Shown in pieces: positions 41,459-50,280 of a stretch of 64,000 nucleotides of DNA. Origin of the DNA: Candidatus Latescibacterota bacterium (GTDB lineage Bacteria > Latescibacterota > UBA2968 > GCA-2709665); the NCBI GenBank assembly GCA_965219995.1, contig CBDCOX010000002.1:1920001-1984000 (forward strand), read 5' to 3'. Numbering within the stretch: position 1 is the stretch's first letter; every line of letters starts with the position of its first letter. The notes beneath the pieces are model-generated. The model was not told where the DNA came from. It saw only the letters and a program-made list of their open reading frames with translations, and did not search any database. The position numbers and the translations under genes were made by a program.

Positions 41459-42799
41459 TCAACTTCGCGCTTCGTCCCCGGTCACACGTCGTTGCCTGGC
41501 TTCTCTGGCGTCGGCCGCTTCGATGTGTGGCGCATCCTCGCCGGCTTCGACCATGCGCCGGATCAAGCGCGCTCTCAGGATCTGCGCCACCTCTTCGTGG
41601 GACGTCATCCCGATCAGGTTGCACAACTCGTAGGGGTCCGCCTCCAGATCGTACAGATATTGCTCCACGTACCGGTCCGACCCCGGGTGTTGTCCACCGT
41701 GGCATTGCGGCGCGTCCACCCCGTATTTCCACCGGCGGGTGCGTACAGCCCGTCCCACCTGAGCCTCGCTGATCTGCACAAACGTCTCCTCCGGCCAACC
41801 CTCGCTGTTCCCGACCGTCAGCGGCAGGATCGACCGGCCCTGCATCTCTGCAGGTACCGCGATCCCGGCCGCATCCAGCAGTGTGGGCGTCAGATCGACC
41901 GTACTCACCAGATCGCGCACCTGACCCCCACCGTCAAATCCCGGGCCCTGGAACGCGGTTGGCACACGAATCGAGCTCTCGTGGCAGGACCGCTTGTACT
42001 CGGCATTCCGCGTTTTGAAGTGGCAACCGTGGTCTGACGTAAACAATACGACGGTCCGTTCCGCCAGGTCCGTACTCTTCAGTGCGTCCAGCATTCTGCC
42101 AAGCGCCTCATCCAGCCGCTTCACCATACCGTAATAGCCGCCCAGCGCCGCAAGATCCGGTGGGACCCACCCGCCGGTATAGCGTTCACGGTACCCATCC
42201 GGCGGCGGATAGTCGTCGATATGGTTCTGGTGATGGGGTTCGATATATGACACAAACAGAAAAAACGGCTGTTCCCGGTTCCCGTGAATGTAACGGATGG
42301 CCGCATCCGTTACGGCATCGACCCTGTATCCCGGCAATTCTACCGGTGCATCCTCGTTGTCGTACATCACCGTCCGATATGCCTCGGACGTAGCCTCCAG
42401 TGCGTTCGATGCCAACCAGTATTCATAGCCTCCGCGTCCCTCAGGCGGAACCGGTCCGGTCGATCCGCGTCCATTCAGATGCCACTTGCCGATGTACGCC
42501 GTGCGGAAGCCCGCGTCTCCGAAATGGTGCGCCAGAGTGCGACTGCCAGGCGGTAGAGGAATGCCGTTGCGAAAGCAGCCCGTCGTCGTTGCATACAACC
42601 CGGTCTGCAGGCAGGCACGCGCGGGACCACAGACAGGCTGGCAGGTGAATGAATTGAACGCATGGGTACCCCGTTGCGCCATCCGGTCGAAATTGGGCGT
42701 CAGGTCCATCGGATTTCCATGAACCCCGGTTGTATCCCACCTCTGTTGATCCGTATAGAACACAACGACATTCGGCTTCTTTGAGACGCTTTCAACCAT
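41459..42799 (-). CDS. Sulfatase-like hydrolase (S1, Cys-type)
   Basis: KPNVVVFYTDQQR, CGPAR (CxPxR), GKWH, TSDHG, LYDLEADP. Confidence 0.92.
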   Translation of the reverse strand: MVESVSKKPNVVVFYTDQQRWDTTGVHGNPMDLTPNFDRMAQRGTHAFNSFTCQPVCGPARACLQTGLYATTTGCFRNGIPLPPGSRTLAHHFGDAGFRTAYIGKWHLNGRGSTGPVPPEGRGGYEYWLASNALEATSEAYRTVMYDNEDAPVELPGYRVDAVTDAAIRYIHGNREQPFFLFVSYIEPHHQNHIDDYPPPDGYRERYTGGWVPPDLAALGGYYGMVKRLDEALGRMLDALKSTDLAERTVVLFTSDHGCHFKTRNAEYKRSCHESSIRVPTAFQGPGFDGGGQVRDLVSTVDLTPTLLDAAGIAVPAEMQGRSILPLTVGNSEGWPEETFVQISEAQVGRAVRTRRWKYGVDAPQCHGGQHPGSDRYVEQYLYDLEADPYELCNLIGMTSHEEVAQILRARLIRRMVEAGEDAPHIEAADAREARQRRVTGDEARS

Positions 42800-43094
42800 G
42801 ACGACCTCCGTCTTTGTGGTTTTCCAGTCCGCCAGGAGCGCTATCCCGTTACATTACTCGCTGCAGAGGTTTTTCGGCAAACCGACGCCGACATTTTCGC
42901 ACGCTCTTCGTTCCGTTACAAGTCAGTCTCATCGCTTCAATTCATGATATACGTACCCGTCGATTGGGCGAATTCGATCGCGCCCCTTTCGATCGCACTG
43001 CAAAAGGGCGTGACAGAATGCGCCGGCAGGGATATCTTATGGCGTCCGTAGACGCCGGTCAGAATCCCCTCACACGTTGCCCGGAGACGGTTCG

Positions 43095-44390
43095 ATGGAT
43101 AATCTGTCGATGCGCGACCTGCTCGAATGGGCCGATCGGTATCTTGCCGGCGGCTGTCTGGGCAGCTTTCGGATTCCGGATGAAGTCGCAACCGTAATGC
43201 AGCGTGGAAGCGGCTGCCGGATTTACGATACCGAGGGCCGGGAATATATCGACTACATCCTCGGCTCCGGCCCGCTGATTCTGGGTCACGCCCATCCCGC
43301 CGTCGTCGAGGCCGTCCAGCGCCAGGTGGCGCTGGGATCGACATTCTACGCCCTCAATGAACCCGTTATTCGCCTGGCCGAGCGGATTGTCGAAGCCTCG
43401 CCCTGCGGGGAATCCATCCGCTTCATCTCCTCGGGCACCGAAGGGACTTTTTCAGCCCTCCGTATGGCGCGGGCATTCACCGGCCGGGAGAAAATCCTCA
43501 AGTTCGAGGGCGGCTGGCACGGCGGCCACGACTATGCCCAGCAGAGTACCACACCGACGCGACCGACGGACGGGCCGCTGCCCATCCCGGACTCCCAGGG
43601 CATTCCCAGGGCCGTCGGCCAATCGGTTCTGGTCGCCCCGTTCAACGACGGCGATGCTGCCGCAGAACTCATAGCGTCCTACGCGGACGACCTGGCGGCC
43701 GTTATCGTCGAACCCGTTCAGCGCGCCCTCCGGCCGGAGCCGGGCTTTCTGGAATCCATCCGGAAAGCCGCGAGCGCCTGCGGCGTCGTCCTCATTTTCG
43801 ACGAAGTCGTCACCGGCTTTCGCATCGCCTGGGGGGGCGCACAGGAGCGCTACGGCGTCGTGCCCGACGTTGCCGTCTACGGAAAGACGATCAGCGGCGG
43901 ATACCCGATGGCCGCCGTCTGCGGGCGGGCGGATATTCTGGCGTGCGCGGACCCCCGCCGTAAAGGGACCGCACCGTATACCTTTGTGAGCGGAACGACC
44001 AACGGGAATCCCGTCTCTGCCGCCGCCGGCCTGGCAACACTGGATGTGCTGGAGTCCGACGGCGTATATGGAAAGCTCTACGATATCCCTTCACGTCTGG
44101 GGCGCGGCCTCGAAGCGCTCGGCGTAGAGATGGGAATACCGCTTCAGGTCCTGGGTGAAGGGCCGGTGCTGCAACCCTATTTCTCGGATGCCGAAATCCG
44201 AAACTACGCGGACACGCTTCAGGCCGACGCCGGCGCCGCCAGGCAGTTCGGCATTGAAATGATCAAACGGGGCATTTTCTTCAATCCTGGAGGAAAGCTC
44301 TATTTCTCGCTGGCGCACACGGAGCAGGACATCGACCGGACATTAAAGGTCGCCGAGGCAGCCCTCCAGCGGGTTCGCGTAGATACATGA
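43095..44390 (+). CDS. Class III PLP aminotransferase (GSA-aminomutase-like)
   Basis: GPLILGH, SGTE, KFEGGWHG, LIFDEVVTGFR, YGKTISGG, SGTTNGNP. Confidence 0.9.
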   Translation: MDNLSMRDLLEWADRYLAGGCLGSFRIPDEVATVMQRGSGCRIYDTEGREYIDYILGSGPLILGHAHPAVVEAVQRQVALGSTFYALNEPVIRLAERIVEASPCGESIRFISSGTEGTFSALRMARAFTGREKILKFEGGWHGGHDYAQQSTTPTRPTDGPLPIPDSQGIPRAVGQSVLVAPFNDGDAAAELIASYADDLAAVIVEPVQRALRPEPGFLESIRKAASACGVVLIFDEVVTGFRIAWGGAQERYGVVPDVAVYGKTISGGYPMAAVCGRADILACADPRRKGTAPYTFVSGTTNGNPVSAAAGLATLDVLESDGVYGKLYDIPSRLGRGLEALGVEMGIPLQVLGEGPVLQPYFSDAEIRNYADTLQADAGAARQFGIEMIKRGIFFNPGGKLYFSLAHTEQDIDRTLKVAEAALQRVRVDT

Positions 44391-44484
44391 CCTGTGCATG
44401 AATAACGCTGCGATGCATTTGCCGGTAAATCGCTGAAGCCCTCTCGGGGGAACGGCCGTCTGAATTCAAGGGCGAATCCAATAT

Positions 44485-45465
44485 ATGGATCTCTTCCTGA
44501 GCAAGTCCACCGTTGTCGGCGCCGGTCTGATGGGCGGTCAGATCGCCATGGTCCTGGCGCTCGGAAGCAGCGAAACCTGGCTGATCAGCCGGCGGCGTGA
44601 AAGCCTCTTCAATGCGCGCGAAAATCTGGAGCGGTACGCGCAGGATCTCGCGCGGCACAACAGGCTTCGGGGTGAATCGCCCGACGACGTGCTGAACCGC
44701 ATACACACGACCACGAACCTGGAGACCGCTGTTGGCGAATCCAACTTTGTCGTGGAGTCCATCACGGAAGACCTGGAGTCCAAGCAAGCGCTCTTCCATC
44801 GTCTTGACGCCATGGCGGCTACCGAAGTCCCTCTGGTCAGCAACACATCCGGCCTGCCCATTACCAGCCTGGCGGCAAAAGCCCGGCACAGAGACCGCAT
44901 CGCCGGTTCGCACTTCGTGCAACCGGCCCACATCGTACCCGTTGCCGAAATCGTCCGCGGGGAGAAGACTTCGAACGAAATCATGGAATGTATCGCAGGA
45001 ATCTGGCAGCGGCTGGGCTACATGCCGCTTCGCGTGAACAAGGACGTACCAGGATTTCTCGTCAACCGGCTTCAGCATGCGCTGATCCGTGAGGCCGTCG
45101 ACCTGCTGGCTTCCGGCGTCGCCTCCGCCGAGGACATCGACGCCGCCTTCCGACTGGGACTGGCGCCAAGATTCACCACCGCGGGCCCGCTGGAACAACG
45201 CGACATCAACGGACTGACCATGCACGTCCGCGTCGCCTCGCATCTCTGGCAGGCCCTGGGAGGGTGGGAGCAGCCCCTAGCCTACCTCCAGGCGCTGGTC
45301 GGGAAGGGAGCGACAGGGGTGGAATCCGGAAATGGCTATTACAACTGGTCGGGAAGAGACCCGCAAGCGGTCCGCGCCGAAAAGGACGAGCAACTCCTGC
45401 GCCGGACCGCCGAGGTGATGGCGGACTGGGAGGAGGAGCAGGAGACGCGCGGAAAGGGGCCGTAA
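44485..45465 (+). CDS. 3-hydroxyacyl-CoA dehydrogenase family protein
   Basis: VVGAGLMG, ESITE...K, SNTSGL, HF..P, PGFLVNRL. Confidence 0.9.
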   Translation: MDLFLSKSTVVGAGLMGGQIAMVLALGSSETWLISRRRESLFNARENLERYAQDLARHNRLRGESPDDVLNRIHTTTNLETAVGESNFVVESITEDLESKQALFHRLDAMAATEVPLVSNTSGLPITSLAAKARHRDRIAGSHFVQPAHIVPVAEIVRGEKTSNEIMECIAGIWQRLGYMPLRVNKDVPGFLVNRLQHALIREAVDLLASGVASAEDIDAAFRLGLAPRFTTAGPLEQRDINGLTMHVRVASHLWQALGGWEQPLAYLQALVGKGATGVESGNGYYNWSGRDPQAVRAEKDEQLLRRTAEVMADWEEEQETRGKGP

Positions 45466-45518
45466 ACCCGGGATTCACGGTCGTTCAAAGGACATATTTC
45501 GTCGTTTCAGGAGGCAAA

Positions 45519-46394
45519 ATGAGCGCCAACAGGTACGTGATGTCGGCAGAAGAACGTTATTTCTTCGACCTGAGCGGATATCTGGTCGTCAGCAATGCGC
45601 TCACAGCCGAAGAGGTGGCCGAGTGCAATGCCGCCATCGACCACTTCGCCGACCGCGTTTCCACCCGTTCCGTCGACACCGGCAGCCTCTCCGGCGGATC
45701 ATCAGCCCTGAAAGGTGCGCAGGGGCGAAAGGAACTTACCGGAATGCTGGCCTGGCCTGCGCCATACAGGGAGCCGTTCAGAAACCTCCTGGTCCATCCC
45801 GTCGTAGTCTCGCGCCTGAATGAGATGTCCGGAAAGGGATTTCGACTCGACCACGGTCCATTGCTCATCGGCGCGGAAGCCGGCGCGGAGGGGCACCAGT
45901 TGCATGGCGCCGGGGAACCCTTCAGCCAGTCTGTATGGTACCACCAGCAGAACGGCAGGATGTACTGCCGCGGCGTCACCGTAGCCTGGCAACTGACGGA
46001 CGTCAACAAGGGTGACGGTGGATTCTGCATCGTACCCGGCAGCCACAAGACGCGCGAACCCGCTCCGGCGGGAATACGCTCCGTGGAAGATCATATGGAC
46101 CTGGTTGTACAGCCAGTGATGTCAGCTGGCGACGTCCTGTTTTTCGCCGAAACCGCCACGCATGGCACCCTCCCGTGGAGAGGCAGACACGAACGTCGTT
46201 CGGTACTCTACAAGTACGCTTCACGAGCCGCCGCCCGCGCAACGGGGCGCCATTTTACACCCGAAACCCGCTGGGGTAATTGGGTCCGGGACCTCAGTCC
46301 CGAACAGAGGGCCGTTCTCTATGGGCCCGGCGTCCACACAGGCTCGGACTTTCCGAGGCTGGATTCCGACGGAGAGACGACCCGGGTCGTCTGA
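45519..46394 (+). CDS. Phytanoyl-CoA dioxygenase (PhyH)-like Fe/2OG enzyme
   Basis: FFDLSGYLV, LHGAG, GGFCIVPGSHK, AGDVLFF...HGT, RR; start revised (GGAGG RBS). Confidence 0.88.
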   Translation: MSANRYVMSAEERYFFDLSGYLVVSNALTAEEVAECNAAIDHFADRVSTRSVDTGSLSGGSSALKGAQGRKELTGMLAWPAPYREPFRNLLVHPVVVSRLNEMSGKGFRLDHGPLLIGAEAGAEGHQLHGAGEPFSQSVWYHQQNGRMYCRGVTVAWQLTDVNKGDGGFCIVPGSHKTREPAPAGIRSVEDHMDLVVQPVMSAGDVLFFAETATHGTLPWRGRHERRSVLYKYASRAAARATGRHFTPETRWGNWVRDLSPEQRAVLYGPGVHTGSDFPRLDSDGETTRVV

Positions 46395-46444
46395 GTAAAC
46401 GTGGCAAACGGCGCGGTACAGTCAGTACTCGACTGGAGCAGGTC

Positions 46445-47308
46445 ATGAATGCAAAGGAACGCTACCTGTGGGATCTCACGGGATACCTGATTGCACGCCA
46501 GGTACTTTCGCCCGAAGAGCTCGCAGCCGCGAACGAAGCCATCAACCGGTACCAGGAACGGATGCAGGTAGGCGATGACAATCTGGGCGCGCGTGACTCG
46601 AATTCCCTCCGGGGCACCGGCCGTCCGACCATGCACGACCTGCTGCAGTTGGAACACCCTCATTGCGAACCGTTTCGGCGGATGCTCGTCCACCCCGCCG
46701 TCGTCAGGCGCCTGAACGTCATGTGCGGGACGGGCTTTCGCCTGGATCACGGCCCGTTGCTCATATCCGGTGTCAAAGGTACCGAGGGCCTGACCATGCA
46801 CGGCTCCGGCGAGCCGCACAGACCCCACGTGGCCTACCATCACCAGAATGGCGGGACCTACTGCGGCGGCGTCACGGTAAGCTGGCAACTCGCCGACGTG
46901 AACCCGGGGGACGGCGGCTTCACCTGCGTACCCGGCAGCCACAAATCCGGATTTCCCATGCCGCCGGGCGTTCGCACGTGCGACGACGACATGGGTACGG
47001 TGGTGCAGCCGGCCATGCGGGCCGGCGACGTCCTGTTCTTCATGGACGGCGCACAGACCCATGGCACACGACCCTGGCAGAGCGAGCGGCCCCGCCGTTC
47101 CGTACTGTACAAATACGCTTCCAGATCTTCCATACGGGGCGGCTCCGCGAAAGATCTGGCCCCACCCGAAATATACTGGGGCGAAGAACTCGTGGAGGGC
47201 ATGACCCCTGAGCAGCGCGCGGTTATGTACGGGCCCTATTCCAACCACGGGGGCGAGATTCCGTTCCTCGCCGTGGACGCCGACGGGAATGTCCGGATCG
47301 AGCGTTGA
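46445..47308 (+). CDS. PhyH-like Fe/2OG enzyme (tandem paralog)
   Basis: WDLTGYL, MHGSG, GGFTCVPGSHK, AGDVLFF...HGT, RRSVLYKY. Confidence 0.88.
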   Translation: MNAKERYLWDLTGYLIARQVLSPEELAAANEAINRYQERMQVGDDNLGARDSNSLRGTGRPTMHDLLQLEHPHCEPFRRMLVHPAVVRRLNVMCGTGFRLDHGPLLISGVKGTEGLTMHGSGEPHRPHVAYHHQNGGTYCGGVTVSWQLADVNPGDGGFTCVPGSHKSGFPMPPGVRTCDDDMGTVVQPAMRAGDVLFFMDGAQTHGTRPWQSERPRRSVLYKYASRSSIRGGSAKDLAPPEIYWGEELVEGMTPEQRAVMYGPYSNHGGEIPFLAVDADGNVRIER

Positions 47309-48312
47309 ATAAGGGCCTTATGGACGTTTCCGAAGCGGAAACGGTGGCACGCCTGATTCGAAATGCGTATCCGTCCTTCGCCCTGCTGGCCGGTATGCAA
47401 CTCGGCGTTTTCAATACCCTGGCCGACGGGCCGTTGGATGCGCGGCAAATCGCAGCAAAAAGCGAGGTGTCGGCCGATCGCCTCTCACGGCTGCTATACG
47501 CGCTGGTGGCGGCGGGCCTGCTGCGCGGGGAAGACGATCGCTTTGTCAATTGCAGCGAAGCACAGCGTTATCTTGTAGAGTCCAGCCCGGATTACATCGG
47601 CAACCTTCACCACCTTCTTTCGGTTCTCTGGTCGGCATCGCTCAAGACCGCGGAATCGATTCGGCTCGACCAACCCCAGGCCGAACACAGTTTTGCCGAC
47701 ATGCCCACCGGTCAGTTGTACGCCTTCCTTCGCGGACTTCACGACGAGGCACTCGCGACCGGACGGTACCTGGCCGCCTGTTTCGATTTTTCGTCCTGCA
47801 GGCGCCTTCTCGATGTTGGAGGGGGTTCGGGCGGCGTGGCGATCGCCGCCGCCGAGGCCAGTCCCCGCCTGACCGCCACCGTGCTGGATCTGCCCGAGGT
47901 CGTCCCCGTTACAAGGCGTTTCATTCGTCAGGCGAACGCGACCGACCGGGTACGCACCCTCGCGCTGGACGTCACCCGAGAACCCGTCCAGGAGGAATTC
48001 GACGCGGCGGTTGCGAAAGCGTTTGTCCAGACCCTTGCTCCGGACCAGGCAGGTCGGGCCCTGTCGCACATCGGCGCCGCGCTCCGTCCCGGGGGTTCCA
48101 TCTACATCCTGGGCAGCGGCATCCTGGACGACAGCCGATGTTCACCGCCCGACGCGGCAATCTTCAACATCGTCTTCCTCAACATCTATCGCGGGGGTCG
48201 CGCCTACACGGAAAGCGAGTACAGAACCTGGTTGATCCAGGCGGGATTCGAGGATGTCCATCGGACCAGGCAACCGAACGGATCGAGCATCATCACGGCG
48301 ACGAAATCATGA
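47305..48312 (+). CDS. SAM-dependent O-methyltransferase (dimerisation plus Methyltransf_2)
   Basis: LGVFNTLADGP, RLL..LVAAGLL, LLDVGGGSG, VLDLPEV; the true start may be 47320. Confidence 0.88.
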   Translation: MNKGLMDVSEAETVARLIRNAYPSFALLAGMQLGVFNTLADGPLDARQIAAKSEVSADRLSRLLYALVAAGLLRGEDDRFVNCSEAQRYLVESSPDYIGNLHHLLSVLWSASLKTAESIRLDQPQAEHSFADMPTGQLYAFLRGLHDEALATGRYLAACFDFSSCRRLLDVGGGSGGVAIAAAEASPRLTATVLDLPEVVPVTRRFIRQANATDRVRTLALDVTREPVQEEFDAAVAKAFVQTLAPDQAGRALSHIGAALRPGGSIYILGSGILDDSRCSPPDAAIFNIVFLNIYRGGRAYTESEYRTWLIQAGFEDVHRTRQPNGSSIITATKS

Positions 48313-48502
48313 ATGGGCTGCCGCATCAGGCAGTGGCGCGGAATTCGGATTCCCGTCAGAATCGAGTTGACAAACAGGGTTTCCCTGTTTACCTGTAATA
48401 CATCTTTACATAAGGGCGTCTCGGCAGATGTCATCCACCTGAAACGGTGTCGCGCCACATTCGGCGGCGGCCGGTTGCCCGGATTGACGACAGCCCTCAG
48501 GA

Positions 48503-49345
48503 ATGTTCATGGATACCGACCTCGCAACGTACCTGTTTGACCTTCGTGGTTATCTGCATCTCGAGAACGCGCTCTCCATCGAGGAAGTCGGAGAACTCAA
48601 CACCTGCCTGGACGGGATTCCGTCCCTCATGCCGGGGGAGTGGTTCGGCAATGTCCACGCCCATACCTACGGAGACGACACGTCCGGCCTGAATCTGCAA
48701 CAGATCTATGAAGCCGGAGAGCCCTTTGAGAACCTGATCGACCATCCTGCGTGGTTCGAACTGGTCAAGCGCTTCGTGGGAGGCGAGGGCAGCTTCGACT
48801 ACCACCACGGCCCCTTGTTCATCGACGAGAATTTCGCGAATTTTCGCGAACCCGGCGAAGCCATCGGGCTGCACTCCGGCGGGTACCCGCCCATATTGCG
48901 CAATCAGTTTCGCTACCACGGCGGACGCTTCATGTGCGGGCAGATCAACATCCTGGTCGCGCTTACCGACGTCGGGCCCGGCGACGGCGGCACCATGGTC
49001 ATTCCCGGAAGCCACAAATCCAATTTCAAACACCCCCACTTCGACAGACACCGGATGTCCAGAAACGCCACGGTCGAAGGCATCGAGGGCGCCGTCGAAA
49101 TTCAGATGAATGCAGGGGACGCGCTGTTGTTTGTGGACGGCATCTCGCATGGTTCCGCCCGGCGTTCCAACCCGGGTACGCGGCGCGTGGTTGTCTATCG
49201 TTATGGCCCGTCATGGGGCAACTTCCGGCACGGCTATCAGCCATCGCAGGAACTCCTGAAGAGACTCACGCCCGAGCGGCGACGGATCGTGCAGCCGCAG
49301 CACCTCATCCCTCGAGGATCGCACGAAAAGACCGATTCAGTCTGA
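48503..49345 (+). CDS. PhyH-like Fe/2OG enzyme (MmcH-like subgroup)
   Basis: YLFDLRGYL, LHSGG, GGTMVIPGSHK, AGDALLFVDGISHGS, YRYGPSWG. Confidence 0.88.
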   Translation: MFMDTDLATYLFDLRGYLHLENALSIEEVGELNTCLDGIPSLMPGEWFGNVHAHTYGDDTSGLNLQQIYEAGEPFENLIDHPAWFELVKRFVGGEGSFDYHHGPLFIDENFANFREPGEAIGLHSGGYPPILRNQFRYHGGRFMCGQINILVALTDVGPGDGGTMVIPGSHKSNFKHPHFDRHRMSRNATVEGIEGAVEIQMNAGDALLFVDGISHGSARRSNPGTRRVVVYRYGPSWGNFRHGYQPSQELLKRLTPERRRIVQPQHLIPRGSHEKTDSV

Positions 49346-49409
49346 GCGTCGAGAAGAGGACCGACATTATCACTTCTAATAATCCCTTACGAATACCAAG
49401 GAGGCTCAC

Positions 49410-50141
49410 ATGGCTAACTCTCAGGACATGCTGGAAGCATTGAAGAACTTCGACACCCCGTCAATCACGAACGTCGTGGCCACGTATCCCGGCAACCCGC
49501 TCTGCCTGAGCCTCTACAATCCCTGGACGGAAAACTGGTACACGGACCAATCGATCAAATGCATGTACCCCGAGTTGGGCCGCACGGTCGGTTACGCGGT
49601 GACGTGCGTCTTCGGACTGCCCGACCCCGACTACACCTCTCTGTCGTTTCTGGACGTGATTGACGCGCTGGACGCGTCTCCCAAACCCACCGTTCTTGTC
49701 TTCCAGCAGAAATTTCCGCCGGAACTCGCGGCCAAGGTCGGACTGGCCGGAGGCAACATGACTTCGGCCATGAAAGCCGTCGGATGCGTAGGCGCCATCT
49801 CCAACGGGCCCTCTCGGGACATCGACGAGATTCGCCCCATGCAATTTCAATACATGCTCAGCGGCGTCACCGCCGGGCACGGCGGCATGGACGTGCACGC
49901 CGTCAATGTGCCGGTCTCGGTAGGCGGAATGGACGTGGCTCCCGGCGAGATCATCCATATGGACGAGAACGGCGCGTGCAAATTTCCCGCCGACAAACTG
50001 GAAGCCGTTCTCAACAACGTCCGTGCGCTGCAGAAGGAAGAGGAGGAACGAATGGGCGCCCTGCTGAACGCCTCTTCAGCCGATGAAGTCCGGGCGATCC
50101 TGGGCGGACATACGTACGCTGACGAGGACGAGGATGTCTGA
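49410..50141 (+). CDS. RraA/HMG-aldolase family protein
   Basis: FDTPSI, VGYAVT, GGNM, GPSRDIDE, VAPGEIIHMDENG. Confidence 0.85.
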   Translation: MANSQDMLEALKNFDTPSITNVVATYPGNPLCLSLYNPWTENWYTDQSIKCMYPELGRTVGYAVTCVFGLPDPDYTSLSFLDVIDALDASPKPTVLVFQQKFPPELAAKVGLAGGNMTSAMKAVGCVGAISNGPSRDIDEIRPMQFQYMLSGVTAGHGGMDVHAVNVPVSVGGMDVAPGEIIHMDENGACKFPADKLEAVLNNVRALQKEEEERMGALLNASSADEVRAILGGHTYADEDEDV

Positions 50142-50280
50142 CGCCGAGATTGCAGTCTGCCCGGGACAAATCAGACCTGCCTTACGGACCTCTCCTGATC
50201 GGGGATCGGGAATTGCTCGCGCGGTCGGGGGATGGACGAATCGTGGACGTAAATTCCACAGACTTTCGAAATTTCGGAGA

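Noticed and set aside
43095-44390. Calling the aminotransferase hemL
   Set aside because: The motifs deviate from HemL (WHGGHD, SGTTNGNP) and there is no heme context.
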